From Vicugna vicugna (lineage: Eukaryota): 64,000 bases of DNA. Under the pieces are notes generated by a model, which did not search any database, was not told where the DNA came from, and saw only the letters and a list, made by a program, of their open reading frames with translations. The position numbers and the translations under genes are program-made. Shown here in pieces: positions 37,400-49,368 of the stretch. Each line of letters begins with the position of its first letter. The stretch's first letter is position 1. The stretch covers positions 1,325,070-1,389,069 of the forward strand of contig MU057947.1 in NCBI GenBank assembly GCA_013265495.1, given 5' to 3'.

Positions 37400-39010
37400 G
37401 CTGTGGAGGAGTTCTACGCTGTGAAACCACCGTGGTGGGCCGGCTCCGGGCTCCCGCCGCCCCCCCCCCGTGACCGCGCTGTCCGGAGGCTCAGGGCTGG
37501 GCTGTGGCCGCTGCAGGGCGCACCCAGGGCTTCCCGTCCGGCCTCATCCGCGTCTGGCCGCGACACCCTCGGCCCCGCCCCAGGGCTGGTCCCTGTAGGT
37601 GCGTTTTCCTTCCGTAGCATCAGTGTTCCCAAGGCCATTTTGAAAGCTCTCTGGGTGTAAACAAACATGCTAATAATTCAGATGTTGGAATCACTTGGTC
37701 GAGGAAAGGAGCTCGGACAACGGCCGCGGTGTGTGGGGCTCGGCTCTGCGGCCAGAGCCCGTCCGCGCTGCTGCCTTGGGCCTGACACGCGGGGCTCTGA
37801 GTGACGCCGCGGGGGCGGCTCCTGCTGCACCTCGGGGGCCGCGCCGCTTGTGGGGGCGTTTCTGCCTCTCCCGCCCGCCCCGGGAGGCGAGCAGAGCGCG
37901 TCGGGGTGACAGTCAGCGAGTCGTGCCTGCGGGCACAAAATGGGGCCGCTTTCAAAGCAGGTCCCCCGGGGGACGGCGGCTGCGATCCTGCCCAGGGCGC
38001 ACCACGACCGGCTGCCTGACGCACAGAGAACACGCGCCTGCCGCGGAGGCGCCCGGGGGCCGCAGACCCTCACGGCCAGTCTGCGGCCACGGTCCGCGGA
38101 GACCAGAACCCAGCGGGTTTTCAGACACTTCCCCTCACATTTACGCTTCTTTTTTTGTTTATGTGTATTTTTATTGAAGCCTAGTCTGTTTCCAGTGCTG
38201 TGTCGGCTTCTGGTGCGCAGCACAGCGCCTCATCATACACGAACATGCGTCTATTCGTTTTCATGTCTTTTCCACCGTATGTTACTACCAGGTACTGGAC
38301 AGAGTTCCCTGCTCACCCGTCTCAGCTGCGGGGCCTGGCACAGGCCCGTGCGCGGTGAGCCCGGGAGCTCTTCTCCGGGAGGGTGGGTCCTGCTACCACG
38401 CGGGCGGGGCCGGCGAGTGTCAGAGGCGGGAGAAGCGCGTCCGCACCCTGGGTGCAGGCGCCGGCCTCCTGGCCCCGAGGAAGGCGGAGGTGGCGGGCTG
38501 CGGAGGGGTCTCTGCGCAGATGCCCAGGCCCTGCGGCGCGGCGCAGGCAGCAGAGGGCCAGACCAGGAGTGGGGAGGCTGGAGGAGGGACCTCCCGGGCC
38601 GTCCCCCCTCACTCCTGTGCCTCAGTTCTTGCTCCCAGCCTGTGAAACACCTCCCTTCAAAGCACAGCATGAACAAAAAGCACAGATACGTAGAAAATCC
38701 CTCTTCATGAAGAGGGGGTCTCGCGTTGGAAAGAAATCTCTTGGCCCTTCGTTTTTACCGCGGTGAGCAGTGCTGCGGCGTCCTGGGCAGGGGTTTATCC
38801 CGGCTTTGGCTCCCCTGGCCCACCCAGCGCTGGAGGTTTGCCCGCATCCCCTGAGCCCTGCCCCCCGCCCCGCCCCGCGGAGGCGGCGGCAAAGCGCCAC
38901 GTGTGCGGGGCTCCCAGCGGGCTCCCGGGAGTCAGAGCCGCGCCCCCACCCCTCTTGTGGGTTGCCTCCTCCTCACCTGCAGACCAGCCGCGGCTTCTTC
39001 GCATCCCCTG
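37400..39010. promoter_or_regulatory. CpG island with no recognisable gene start (orphan)
   Basis: About 1.6 kb visibly dense in CG, CGCG and CCGCGG. No exon identified. An L1 3' end lies in the middle. CpG o/e not computed. Confidence 0.65.
38150..38313 (-). mobile_element. 5'-truncated L1 3' end, GC-shifted
   Basis: tttttattgaagcctagtctgtttccagtgctgtgtc...gttactaccaggtactggacagagttccctg aligns by eye to the copies at 281-449 and 58459-58715. Confidence 0.85.
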
Positions 39011-39479
39011 GATGAACATCTGAGCAAGAGGGAGAAACTGTCACCCCCAGTCATCTTCTTTCTGGATCTGACTGGCCCGTCCCCGGCTCTGACCTGAAAT
39101 GTGAAGCACCGTTAAACACTCCCCTCCCTCTGCGGCTTCTGTCCAAGGGCGTTTCCTGCCCCTCCCCTGGACGCTTTCTCAGAACTGGTCTTTCTGCCCA
39201 CCCTTTCTCCTGGGCCTCCCCACCTCCAGACCTCCAGGACCTCTTCCTAACAACAGGTGATGCTACATAAATTAGCGTTGTCATGTGCACACTTCGTGTA
39301 TATTCAGCTCCACGTCTTCAGCAAAAACGTACGTATGGTCACACAAGAGACAGAACCAGTGCCCGTCCAGGCAGTGGGCGTGCGTAGAGTGCGCAGGGGG
39401 CAGGCACCGTAGCCTGGTCTTCTCTCGGAGGGTTTGCCTCCCACGTGCTGTCAAGGGCCACACCTCTGGCTGCTCGTGG

Positions 39480-39870
39480 TGTGGTCGACAGCCTCCGATA
39501 CGGGGCCCGTGATTCCTGCCTCCTGGGGTGCGCTTCCTTGTGCAATCCCCTCTTGCTGAGTTTGGGCTGGATCTAGTGACCTGCTTATAATGCACAGAAA
39601 ACGGCCAGTGTGTGGGCGTCACATGGCTCAGGTCCCTTACCTCCTGCTTCTGGGGGCTTAGGGAATGGCGGCACTGGTGGAAAATCGGAAGATGGCAAAG
39701 AGAAGACCCTGAGACTCTCCCCCACTCTGCCCAGCTCCTGCTGGACATCCCACTTGCCACGTTCTCAGATGCCACCAGGACCCCTGCCCAGGGGTCTGGT
39801 TCCCACTCGAAGGCCCTGGATTCTGGGCTCTGCTGTGGCCGTTCAGCCGCTGGGATGTGAGGGGCTCCTG
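39480..39870 (+). mobile_element. MLT1E/F-like MaLR LTR (5' part clear, 3' end approximate)
   Basis: tgtggtcgacagcctccgatacggggcccgtgattcctgcctcctgg...ccttgtgcaatcccctc...tgggctggatctagtgacctgctt. Confidence 0.65.
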
Positions 39871-41894
39871 CCAGCTATTTGCAGCTTTGCCTCACCATGT
39901 TAGTTACTCCGGCCCGTGTGCGGTAGTCCCCTCGACTGAATTCTCTCCGTTCAGGAGGCCCAGGGCTTTACCAGCTCCGCAGACACCCCGCCTGCCCCTG
40001 AGCCCCACGGGCCGCCCTCCCTGCAGGCTGAGGGAGGAGAGGGGGATGTCTGTTGCACACAGCACTTGATAAAGAAAACCTCACAACGGCTCCTTTCTTC
40101 CCCGAGAGCGTGGGTTTCTTGAAGACAGCAAGCCAGACGTGGAGGGGGTGATCGACCCTTCAGCTGATAACTTTAAACTTTCACGTTATAACAGACTCCT
40201 CACGGTCAGGGCTCGTCCCCAGCCTGGCCCTGCGGGACCCCGAGCTCAGGGCTGTGCCCTGGGCCCAGGCCGCCTGCTCGCTGGCCTCCAGGACCACATG
40301 GAGACCGGGTGGCTTCCCTGACCCCTCGCTGGGTCGGGAAGGGGACTGACACTGCGCAGGACTTGACACGGGGAACCAGCGCTCCCTGCACCTCAGGTTT
40401 AGCTGCCCCAAGTGCTGCCCTTCTCCACTTTGGTGGAAGAGAATTTCCACATTCTACAAGAAAGGCCAAGCCAAGCCTCTCCCCAGGAGGGGGGCTTCTC
40501 GGCTGTGAAATGCCCACGCAGACTGGCGGCGCGGCGGTGTAGACTGCTTGTTAGCGCGGCTTGTGGAAGTTCCTAGCGCTCCTAAAATTTAATTTAAACC
40601 AGTAAACCCGCTGCCTCCCTGTGACAGATATATGAGTATTACATAATTAGAGAACAAATGGCTTTTCCGAGGAGGTCATGAAAGCCGGTGATTTAGCACA
40701 CACGCCGCTGAGATGAGCAACACTTTCCTTTCCTCGTTAAAATCTGGCAATTTGCACAAATCATCGTCCAGCGCAGGCGGCCGCCCTCCCCTCTAATCCC
40801 AGTTATCGGAGCAGCCAGCAAAGGCTCTGGCTTCATCTGTTTGACAGATAAGGGATTCTGTTGGACAGGTTTCCTCTGTGATGGACAGAAGCAATATCTT
40901 GAGCTACAGGAGGGCACAGTCATTTAAGTCTTTATAAAGCGGCGCTTGGGAAGCAAAGGGCTTTATGCCTCAAAAGATGCACGATGAATGTTTACCCAGC
41001 ACCTGTAGGCCGGACGGCAATTCTCATTGAGTCAAGTGGTGTTTTAAATCTTTTCAAGACATTTTTCCTTCTCTTTCTCTCTTCTTATCTACATTGCCCC
41101 CCAACCCTTTGTCAGATAAGTACACATCCCACCGTCGACCACATCCCAGTGGGCTCCCATCCTCTGAGTTGGAGAAGATGGCTCTACGGGCACTGAGCCC
41201 AGACAGTTCTGCCGCACCTCTTCCTGCGATGAGCAGAGCAGCGTAGTGGAGGCTCTCTCTGGATCTTCCCAAGGAAAAGGTTTTCCAAACCTGTCCTGAG
41301 GGTCAGACCTTACCTACGACCACCTCCGCCATCTGCCCCAGAGGGTCCCAGTGGCTCCTTCTACGTCCAGCTTCTGCAGCTCTTCTCCGTGGAAGGGCGG
41401 GTGAACGTGACCCGGTCTGCCACGACTGGGTGTGGATTTCTGTCTTAGTTTTTGTTAGAATGAGTCACCTGCCTTTGCTTTTCTTTCCCAGTCGTACCTC
41501 AGCTATTTTTGAGCATTTGTTTTTCATCTGAATTACAAATCTCTTAGTTGAATTCTTTTAAAAAAATGTTGCAAAAATCTCAGGAATAATCTACTGGCGT
41601 ACAGACCAGCACTCTGTTCAGTGCTGGTTTTTACTGTCTGATTCTGGGTTTCCTTTATTTGTGTCATGCCCTCTGTCCGAGCTGCAGTTACCCACATATC
41701 TGGATACACCTTCCACAACATCCAGGGGAGAACTCCTCTCTCTGATAAGCTTAGATGATGTGACTCAGCGGAAGGAAGCTTTTCACACCCGCGCTCTGCT
41801 CCTGTCTGTGTCGTGAGCTCCTCGGGGCAGGGACCCAGTGCCCTGGGTCTTAGCAGCATCCTCACCTTACATCACGTCCACAGAACAGTGTGCT

Positions 41895-42050
41895 CAGGGC
41901 TGTGCTGGAGCAGGCTTGCGCCAGCTCGTGGGTGTCACGTCCGCCCCCCTCTCCTCAGCTCTGTGTTCAGGGATGCTGTTTTGGTAGATTGCAGTAGACC
42001 GAGCTGAGAATATTTGTACAGCAAAAATCGGCAGATGCAGCAGATGCAGC
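41895..42050 (+). mobile_element. MER63-like hAT MITE ending in a triplicated 9-mer (gcagatgca)x3
   Basis: cagggctgtgctggagcaggcttgcgccagctcg...ctctgtgttcagggatg...ttggtagattgca...gaatatttgtacagcaaaaatcggcagatgc. Confidence 0.65.
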
Positions 42051-44049
42051 AGATGCACCATTGTTTTCTCCAGGGGACGTTATACCGACCCCCCCTGCCC
42101 TGGCATCCTTCTTATGTATTTGCTTTGTGAATGAAGACACACAGCTTTTGTCTCAAGGTGCGGAAGCAGAGTGTTCTGTCCAGGGCTACTTGAAGGAATG
42201 GCTCCTCCGCAGGCTGAAGAGGGCAGCATATGTGATGGTGCAGGTGGAGACAGCAGGTCCGAGCTGCGGCCACGTCCGGCCTCAGACCCCAGAACTCACC
42301 TCGCTGGACACGTAGCCAGGCCGGGAGGGGAAGGAGATGGCCAGGTACACCTGCGAGTCTACGCTGTTCTAAAGTCGCTCTGAGGACACCTGAGGACGGT
42401 CCTTCATGCTGAGCAAGGACTGGTTTCCCACATAGGCCTTGAGCAGAGCTGGGAAGTGTAGGATTCTAGCTTCTCATGCTCTTGGATTAACTGTCAATGG
42501 TTCACCCCATTTTTTTCTACAAACAAGTGTTGGCTTGAGTGAGTGAGTCCAAATTAAAATATAAACTACTGCCCATATCAGGATCTTCAAGAAGCTCGAT
42601 CTTTCATGCTTCGACGAAGTGTAGATCAGAGATCTGTTAAGGTCATATTAAGATAAAGACAGAGGCAATTCTTGGGGCCCAGGAAAGCTAATGGATTGCT
42701 CTTCTGTTTCTGCAGTTTAGTTCTGTTGTTAATTTCATCCTGAGGAAAGGTGCCTTACTCCTGAGCTGCCGCCCGATCTTGCACGCGGCTGCTCAGGGAA
42801 GAGAGTTAATGAGCCTCAGAAATCCCCCCGGCTCACCTGGGGTCGTCTTCATCACAGAAAGGCTGCAGGTCAGTGTGCTGAAAGAGAAATCATGCTTTGT
42901 CAATGCCTCACATTGCGTTTCAGAGAGAGACTTATTTTTTTTGGAGCTATTGGAAAACAATCACTCTTAGTAAAGACTTTTTTTTTTCCCAAGGGAAATC
43001 TGAGTATTTTCTTGGCATCATTAAAGAGCTAGAAACAGAACTACAGGCCAGGGAGTGACTCCACTCAGCTGTCGTGGTAAAGGGGAGTCACAGGGGTAAG
43101 AGGTGAGATTGCCAGCCTTGTCCCCGGAATTAATACGCTAGGAGTCTAAAAGGACACAGAATTCCAGCAGTGGGAGCCAAACACAGAAAAAAGTGCTTCT
43201 CAGCTCAACCTGAAGGAGTACACAGGGGCTGGGGTAGGTTTAATGAGACTGAAGCCCCTGGCCTGATTCCCGCAGTCCTAGGAGCCAACTCCAGAATGAT
43301 CAGTACGTCTCTTCCAGCCTCACGCGGTGCCCAGCCGTGTCTGGGAGGTGTGGGGGGGTCAATTGACGGACTGATCAGCCGTCTAGCTGTTCCCCTGATT
43401 GTTTTATCAAGAAACTCCTGTGCTTTCTGGCCGCTGCCGCCGTGTTCCTGCTGTCACCGTGCTGAGCTTTGACACTGGATTCCAGGCAGATATTTCAGAC
43501 CAGTGTCCCTCATTCTTCTAGACTGCAAAGCCGTCAGCTCTGGCGCTGTGGGTGTCACCTGCTTGGGCACGCCTAGACCGCAGCCCTGCTGGGACTGCCA
43601 TGATGAGTGGTGTAGCCGGGATGCTTCTGTGGGGACCCGGCGGAGTGGGCTCCCACGGCCAAGTGAACGTCCAGCTGCTTTTTCGTTTTTTAGGCCGTGG
43701 GGTGTGCTCCCTGAGCACTCGCTCTGGAATGGCTGTGGGGCTTTCAGCCCCTCGGTGTCCTGGTCTCTTGGTGTCCGTGAGACCCTCTCACCCGCCCTGT
43801 GCTTGGATAAGGCTTCAAAAGGACCAGAGCCCCAGTTTGCTGGCTCCCAAGGTCCTGACAGCCCCGCGTATCTGTGTGAAGCCCAGCCTGACAGACGGCT
43901 GAGGCAGCACGGGGGTCCCGCGGAAGCCGCTCTCTCACCCACAGATGAGTCAAATGGGAGGCTGGGGGAGAGAAGAGGTTTGCAGGTGTGTGTGCTGAGT
44001 ATTTCGTTACTCGGTACACGTTTGGACATTTGCCCCAGGGCAAGGACTG

Positions 44050-44155
44050 CCTCCGCACTTTACAGATACTAACTCCCCAAATCCTTGTGACAGAACCATC
44101 TCATCGTGTTGGTGGGGGTGTTACCCCATTTCACAGATGCAGAAGGTGGGGCTCC
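44050..44155 (-). mobile_element. MIR fragment
   Basis: gcactttacagatactaactc...ttaccccatttcacagatgcagaagg. Confidence 0.55.
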
Positions 44156-47100
44156 CCATGTGCGCTCTGCCATCTGAGATGGAGTCGCCGGGACCTGAGA
44201 GAGGGCTGCTCCTGGGGCGGCGCTTCCAAAAGTTGGAGAATGAAAAGCCTTTTTAAAAAGAGAGCATGCAGAGGGCACTCAGCAGGATGAAGGAGGCGCA
44301 GAAAGCAGGGTGTTTCTTTTGAAAGCAAATATGCAAGTATCATTACAGAGCGAAGACGTTTAAAAAACAGACCAGATCAAACAAGCATTTGTTTTCCAGA
44401 GAACCAGGGAATTCGGTGAGATAAAGGCTGCCTTCTCCTACACAGAGGGCCTCCCACGGCCCTATGGCTTTTGCCTGCGCACTAGGGGCTCAGTTTACCG
44501 ACAGAAACTCCAGCTTAAAATCTGCCGAACAAATCCAGCAGCATTTTCCTGTGTAAATAGCACGATGGTGATGAATCATGCAGGAGCTGGGTCTGGCCAT
44601 TTGCATGCGTGCATCGTGCACACGGATGTATAATAGTGTCTCTCTCCTGATGTTTTCTGATATTTATGAAGACAATTCGTAAAATTAAACCCCACTAGTT
44701 CTAGACCAGCACTTGGCTTTCGTCAGACTAAGGACGTGTTGCCAGAGGGGGCACCCCGGGCTTCAGTGGCACCTAAGGGGCGGGACGAGGCCCGCTCGGC
44801 AGAGTCGCCCCTTCTTGCCTTCCAGACGTGACTGTGTTCCTCTGCGAGTCTGTTTCTCTCAGGCGTGAACGCAAACCCTCCATTTCTGGTGGAAACCGAT
44901 TCTTTGCTCAGCTCCGTATTGAGGACAATCACGTCAGATAGAGACACCGACAGACGCAAGCACGGCCCTCTAGCATGCCTGGCTCTTCCTGCTTCCCCCG
45001 AGCATCCGGCTTTGAGTGTCCCGCGCTGCCATCAGTGCCGGGCTGACTCCCGGCGCAGGGCAGCGGAAGCCTGTGCTCCCCGGGGCCCATCGTGTGGCAC
45101 CGCGAGCACCGCTTGGCGGGGGTCACGCCCCCACTCCAGGTGATTCCCGAGGAGGCTCTTTCCCTTGCCTCTCGTCACTCCTCGCGCTCGCCCTTGCTCC
45201 CACGACGGCTGCATGTTGTTCAGGGGCTCAGATGCTCCTGACGAGACGCATCTTGACGGCTGCAGGAGAGGCAGCGCCCGAAGGAGAACCTGCACACGTT
45301 TTAGGGGACCTTCCAGACTATAAATACGGGGTCTTTAGGGTCGCCACATCTGGGACTTTGTTTTCACGGCAAACGGACCGACCAGGGTCAGGCTGTGTTC
45401 CCGCCGGCCCGGGTGATGCCGGAGGGGTGGGCCCCATCCGAGGGTCTGTCCACCGCCGAAGGACCCTGGTGTCTGAGTGTCATCAGGGGATTAATTTATT
45501 TAGGTGACGAGTTTCCCGCTTGTGCTGTTGTTGCCGCAGCACTGGCCTCTGCGCCTCAGGGGCCAGGTTGAGGGCCGGGCGCAGGGTTTGGGGAGAATCA
45601 GGAGAGAGCGCCTTAGTTGCTCTGCCAGGAAGAGGGGCGTCACGGCGGGCTCGTGCCTCGCGGGCTGTGAGTCCCCCTCGTGGCTGGGGCCTTGAGGTTT
45701 TACAGAAAAGCCAGATGGAGAGAAAAGGTGGGAACAGTCGGGGCGTTCCGCAGGGTGCCGCCTTCCTCGGGCCCTCGAGGGACCCCTGGCTCGCGGAGGA
45801 GCTCCGGAGGGTCTGTCCACTCTTCTGTGATTATCGGCCCGTCACCTCCTTCCTGGAGCACGGCCTCTGGGTCAGTTCTTCTCCGTGAAGAAAGCGTGGG
45901 GAGCGGGGAGCATAAGGGAAGGGTCTGGGGGTTTAGCGCAAATGCAGTGAGGGGAGGAGCAGGTGTCTCTTGGTCAGAATGAGTCAGTTTAGCATCAGGG
46001 AAGCCAGTTTGTTAGCTTCTTCCTTGCCCCTTCCTCATGTTCTAAGCACAGCATTCCGGACACTTGCTTGTTTCAACACAGACGTCCTTCATGGGGCTGC
46101 CACATCTGGCACATGGCAGGTGCCCGTGCTGAGGGCATGAACGGATTTATCACAGCCTGTTCTTTGCTTCCTGAAGGGACCGAGGCCATTGGGGTGGCCA
46201 CCTAGTAGCGTCCGATGACTCAGGAGGGAGGTCGGGGCGGGGAAGATCCTGGGAGCCTCTTGCTCAGATGTGATGAGAGCAGCCCCCGGAGGGCATCCTG
46301 CAGAGCAGGGCTGCGTCCAGAGGCCGTCACCCCCCAGGAGGTCAGTGGAGGAAGCAGAGATCGCCAGGGACACAGGGAAGCGGAGCAGCAGGGACGGGAG
46401 CTCCCTTGCGGAGGCTGGGGCAGGGTCGGAGAATCTTATGTAAATGAGGGTGTCAACCAGTTCCGGGGAGAATGAGGAGGTAGGACAGGCCACAGGCACC
46501 AGGGAGAGCAGGGCTCCTGGGGGCAGGGCTGGGGGCAGGAAGACAGCCCCTGTTTCTGCAGTAGAACGAAACTCAAAGCTTTACAATGAGGCAGAGAAAC
46601 AAGAGAGCCGGGAGGCAAGCAGAGGGGCAGGGAGGCTCTCGAAAAAGCAGGCTCTGAGGCTGGGTCGCTGGAAGGATGCTCATCGGGAGGGCCCTCAGTG
46701 GACCCGCGGCTCCATCAGAGTTGTCCCCTTTGGAGCACGAATGGCTTGACCCTCATACCCCTTCTTCAGTCTGTCATTGTGTGGCCTCCGCTTAGGATGT
46801 GACCTGGTCGAGGGGACCCTGGGACTAGGATGCCCGCAGGGAAGACCCCTGACCCCTCTCTAGTCCTGGACAGCAAGGCCCTCCGTCCCCCGCTGCCCCC
46901 CCTCCCCACAGGAGGACGGGGCGGCTCCCAGTCTGCCCCAAGCGGGCCCTTAGGGCTCTCAGCTTGTCCAGATGCAAAATGCACCCACCCCTCACCCCAC
47001 TCAGCTCCCTGCACTTTGTTCTCTATTGTTTGGGAGGGTCCCCACCTGCTTTCCTGCAAGTTCTCATCCATTCCCGCAGACAGTAAGCTCACCTGGACAG

Positions 47101-49294
47101 CACCTCCCCTGTGTGCCGGGTGTTCTCCGCAGGGCTGAGCGCCTTGCTGGATGCCTGACACACGAGCTCTGGTGGCCAGGGGTGCGTGTGGGTCAGCCAG
47201 GCTGTGGAACTGCCAGGGCAGCGCAGGGGGACACATGAGAAGCGGTCCATGCATGTGTATTTCCGGGCTGCTGCATCTAAACCCGGAGCACGAACACTGT
47301 TCCGACCTCGACATTGTAGAGTAAACAGATTCTGAAAAATCTGTTTCCAGATTCCTAATGTGGGCCTTCTGGCATGTTGTGTTTACCCCAAAGGGAGAGA
47401 GGTCTTTGAGAGGTCAAAGCCAGAACATTTGCGCCAAATCAGGGCTGAAAGGAAATAGGGCGGGAGCGGCCGGCTCTGTTTTCTTTCTCCACAGAACCTT
47501 TTCTAGGCACAAGCCCATCACCCTGGAGGCCACTGGCCCGAGTCCCAGGGGCGGATCCCCTGCCCGGAGGCCCCCTTCCCGCTGCCGACTCTGCAGGGCT
47601 CGTGGGCCACCCTCCAGTGGGACAGAGGCTCCCGTGAACTATGTCTTGGTTTCTAAGTGATGCGCGTCTCTCACCAAGCAGCACCCTTGTCACTGGAAGC
47701 TCTCCAGGCCTAGGTTTGTATTCTTGGAGCAATTTTCAAGTGCTCGCAGGATTTTGGCGTGGGGTTTTCTCTCCCTGGGGGCTTCTTCGTGATTACCTCT
47801 GGTATTAATCCAGTTTTGAAGCAATATTAACAAAACCCACCGCCTGGGGGAAAGTGGACTTCTGAGCTCAGTTAGCCTGGGGGGTTTCACAGCCCAAGGT
47901 CTGTCAGTGCTCTCCACCCGTTCCTGGCCGAGGTTAGCCAGGCTCTGGTGTTGGGTTCCAGCCTCAAAGCCTCCGTCCTCACCCTCGCTCTCAAACGTGT
48001 GTTTCTCATCTGCCCTCCAGGCGGCAGGTCACCCCCCACGAGCTCTCCTCTGCGTGTTTGGGGAGATGCCCGCACTTCCAGGACCCCCTCCTTCCGGTGG
48101 TCCAGCTGAGGGCTGAGCGTGGAGAGGAGAAGCTGTTACTTCGTCCCAGCTGCAAGCAGACGTGTGCGCAGCTGGCAGAGGGCAGGGGCAGACCGGGGGC
48201 CGGAGAGTTTCCGGAAGGTCTGTGGGTGGCTCACTTTGGTCTGTCAGGAGCTGCGCCCAGGGACTCGAGGCTGGGGTCAGGGAGTCTGGCAGGGGCTGCC
48301 CAACGGCTGTGTAAGCGTTCCTGGCCTTGGACACCTGCTGTGACCTGCTGCTTTTCCTGATCGGGTCACACCAGTGATAGTGTCCATGTGGGCAGGGAGA
48401 GGGGTACTGGTCCCTGGATGGCAGATGGCACCGTGACGGGAGGAGGAGGTCAAGCAGGGCCTGGGGTGCCCTGGGGAGGGGGGAATGCGGGTGTCTCCCA
48501 GAGGTTGGCGGAGGGTCAGAGCACCCTCCTGGCCCCAGGGGCCTAGCCTTGGGGCAGAGTCAGAGTCACAGGACCCCGGCGCCCCCCAGTGGCTTCGAAG
48601 AGGAATGAGATGGAGGGGAAGTCGCACCGTCAGCCGTGGACACAGGCGGTCGGACCCCTCCCCCTCCAACCTCCTGTCCGAGGAGGTATTGTGACCTGCC
48701 ACAGAGACTGCAAAGTAGCGGGCTTTGTTTGTTTGTTTGTTTTCTTTTGGTTCTGTTTTGTTTTGTTTACAGCAGTGTGAAAAAGAACCACACTTTTTCT
48801 CAAGATCGAGAAAATACAAAGAGAAACCACCACAGATGCTCAGAATGCCCGTGCCATCCCCGCCCCCCACCCGCCCTGTCTCCCCTCCCGCCTGCGTGAA
48901 CTGCCTTATTAATTTTGACACTTTCACAGCCGTCTTATCTGCCTCCAGTTGCTTGCTATTTAGGTCACGGTTGCTTATGGTTTCCATCTTGGTAACTGAA
49001 TGTTTAAAAACAATGTCAAAACAAAAGACTCTGTTACTTTTTTCCCTGTCAGTTTTGATGCTACAGATATGGGGGTAGCAGCTCATCGAGTTGTTAATTA
49101 CAGCTCTGTAGGCACTGGGAGCGGTCAGCGTCCGTCACCCCGGTGCATCCTGTGATCATTAATACTCGGCTCACACCGAGGCACAGAGGCTGACAGCCTC
49201 CTGACGGTGGCAGAGCTGAGACTGACCCGGTTACAGGGCTCCGAGCCCAGCTCCTTCCACAGCAGACACATGAGACAGGGTCTCTGCCGACGTA

Positions 49295-49368
49295 GGATGA
49301 ACCCACTTTACAGATGAGGAAACCGAGGCCAGTGGGATCAAGTTGCCTGGGTGACACAGCTGGTAAAT
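49295..49368 (-). mobile_element. MIR core fragment
   Basis: cccactttacagatgaggaaaccgaggcc...aagttgcctgggtgacacagctggtaaat. Confidence 0.75.

Noticed and set aside
37940..38710. 256-aa ORF in the CpG island
   Set aside because: Runs straight through an antisense L1 3' end and its T-tract; no domain.
48277..49086. 269-aa minus-strand ORF
   Set aside because: Crosses a (GTTT)n simple repeat and compositionally unrelated segments; no homology recognised.
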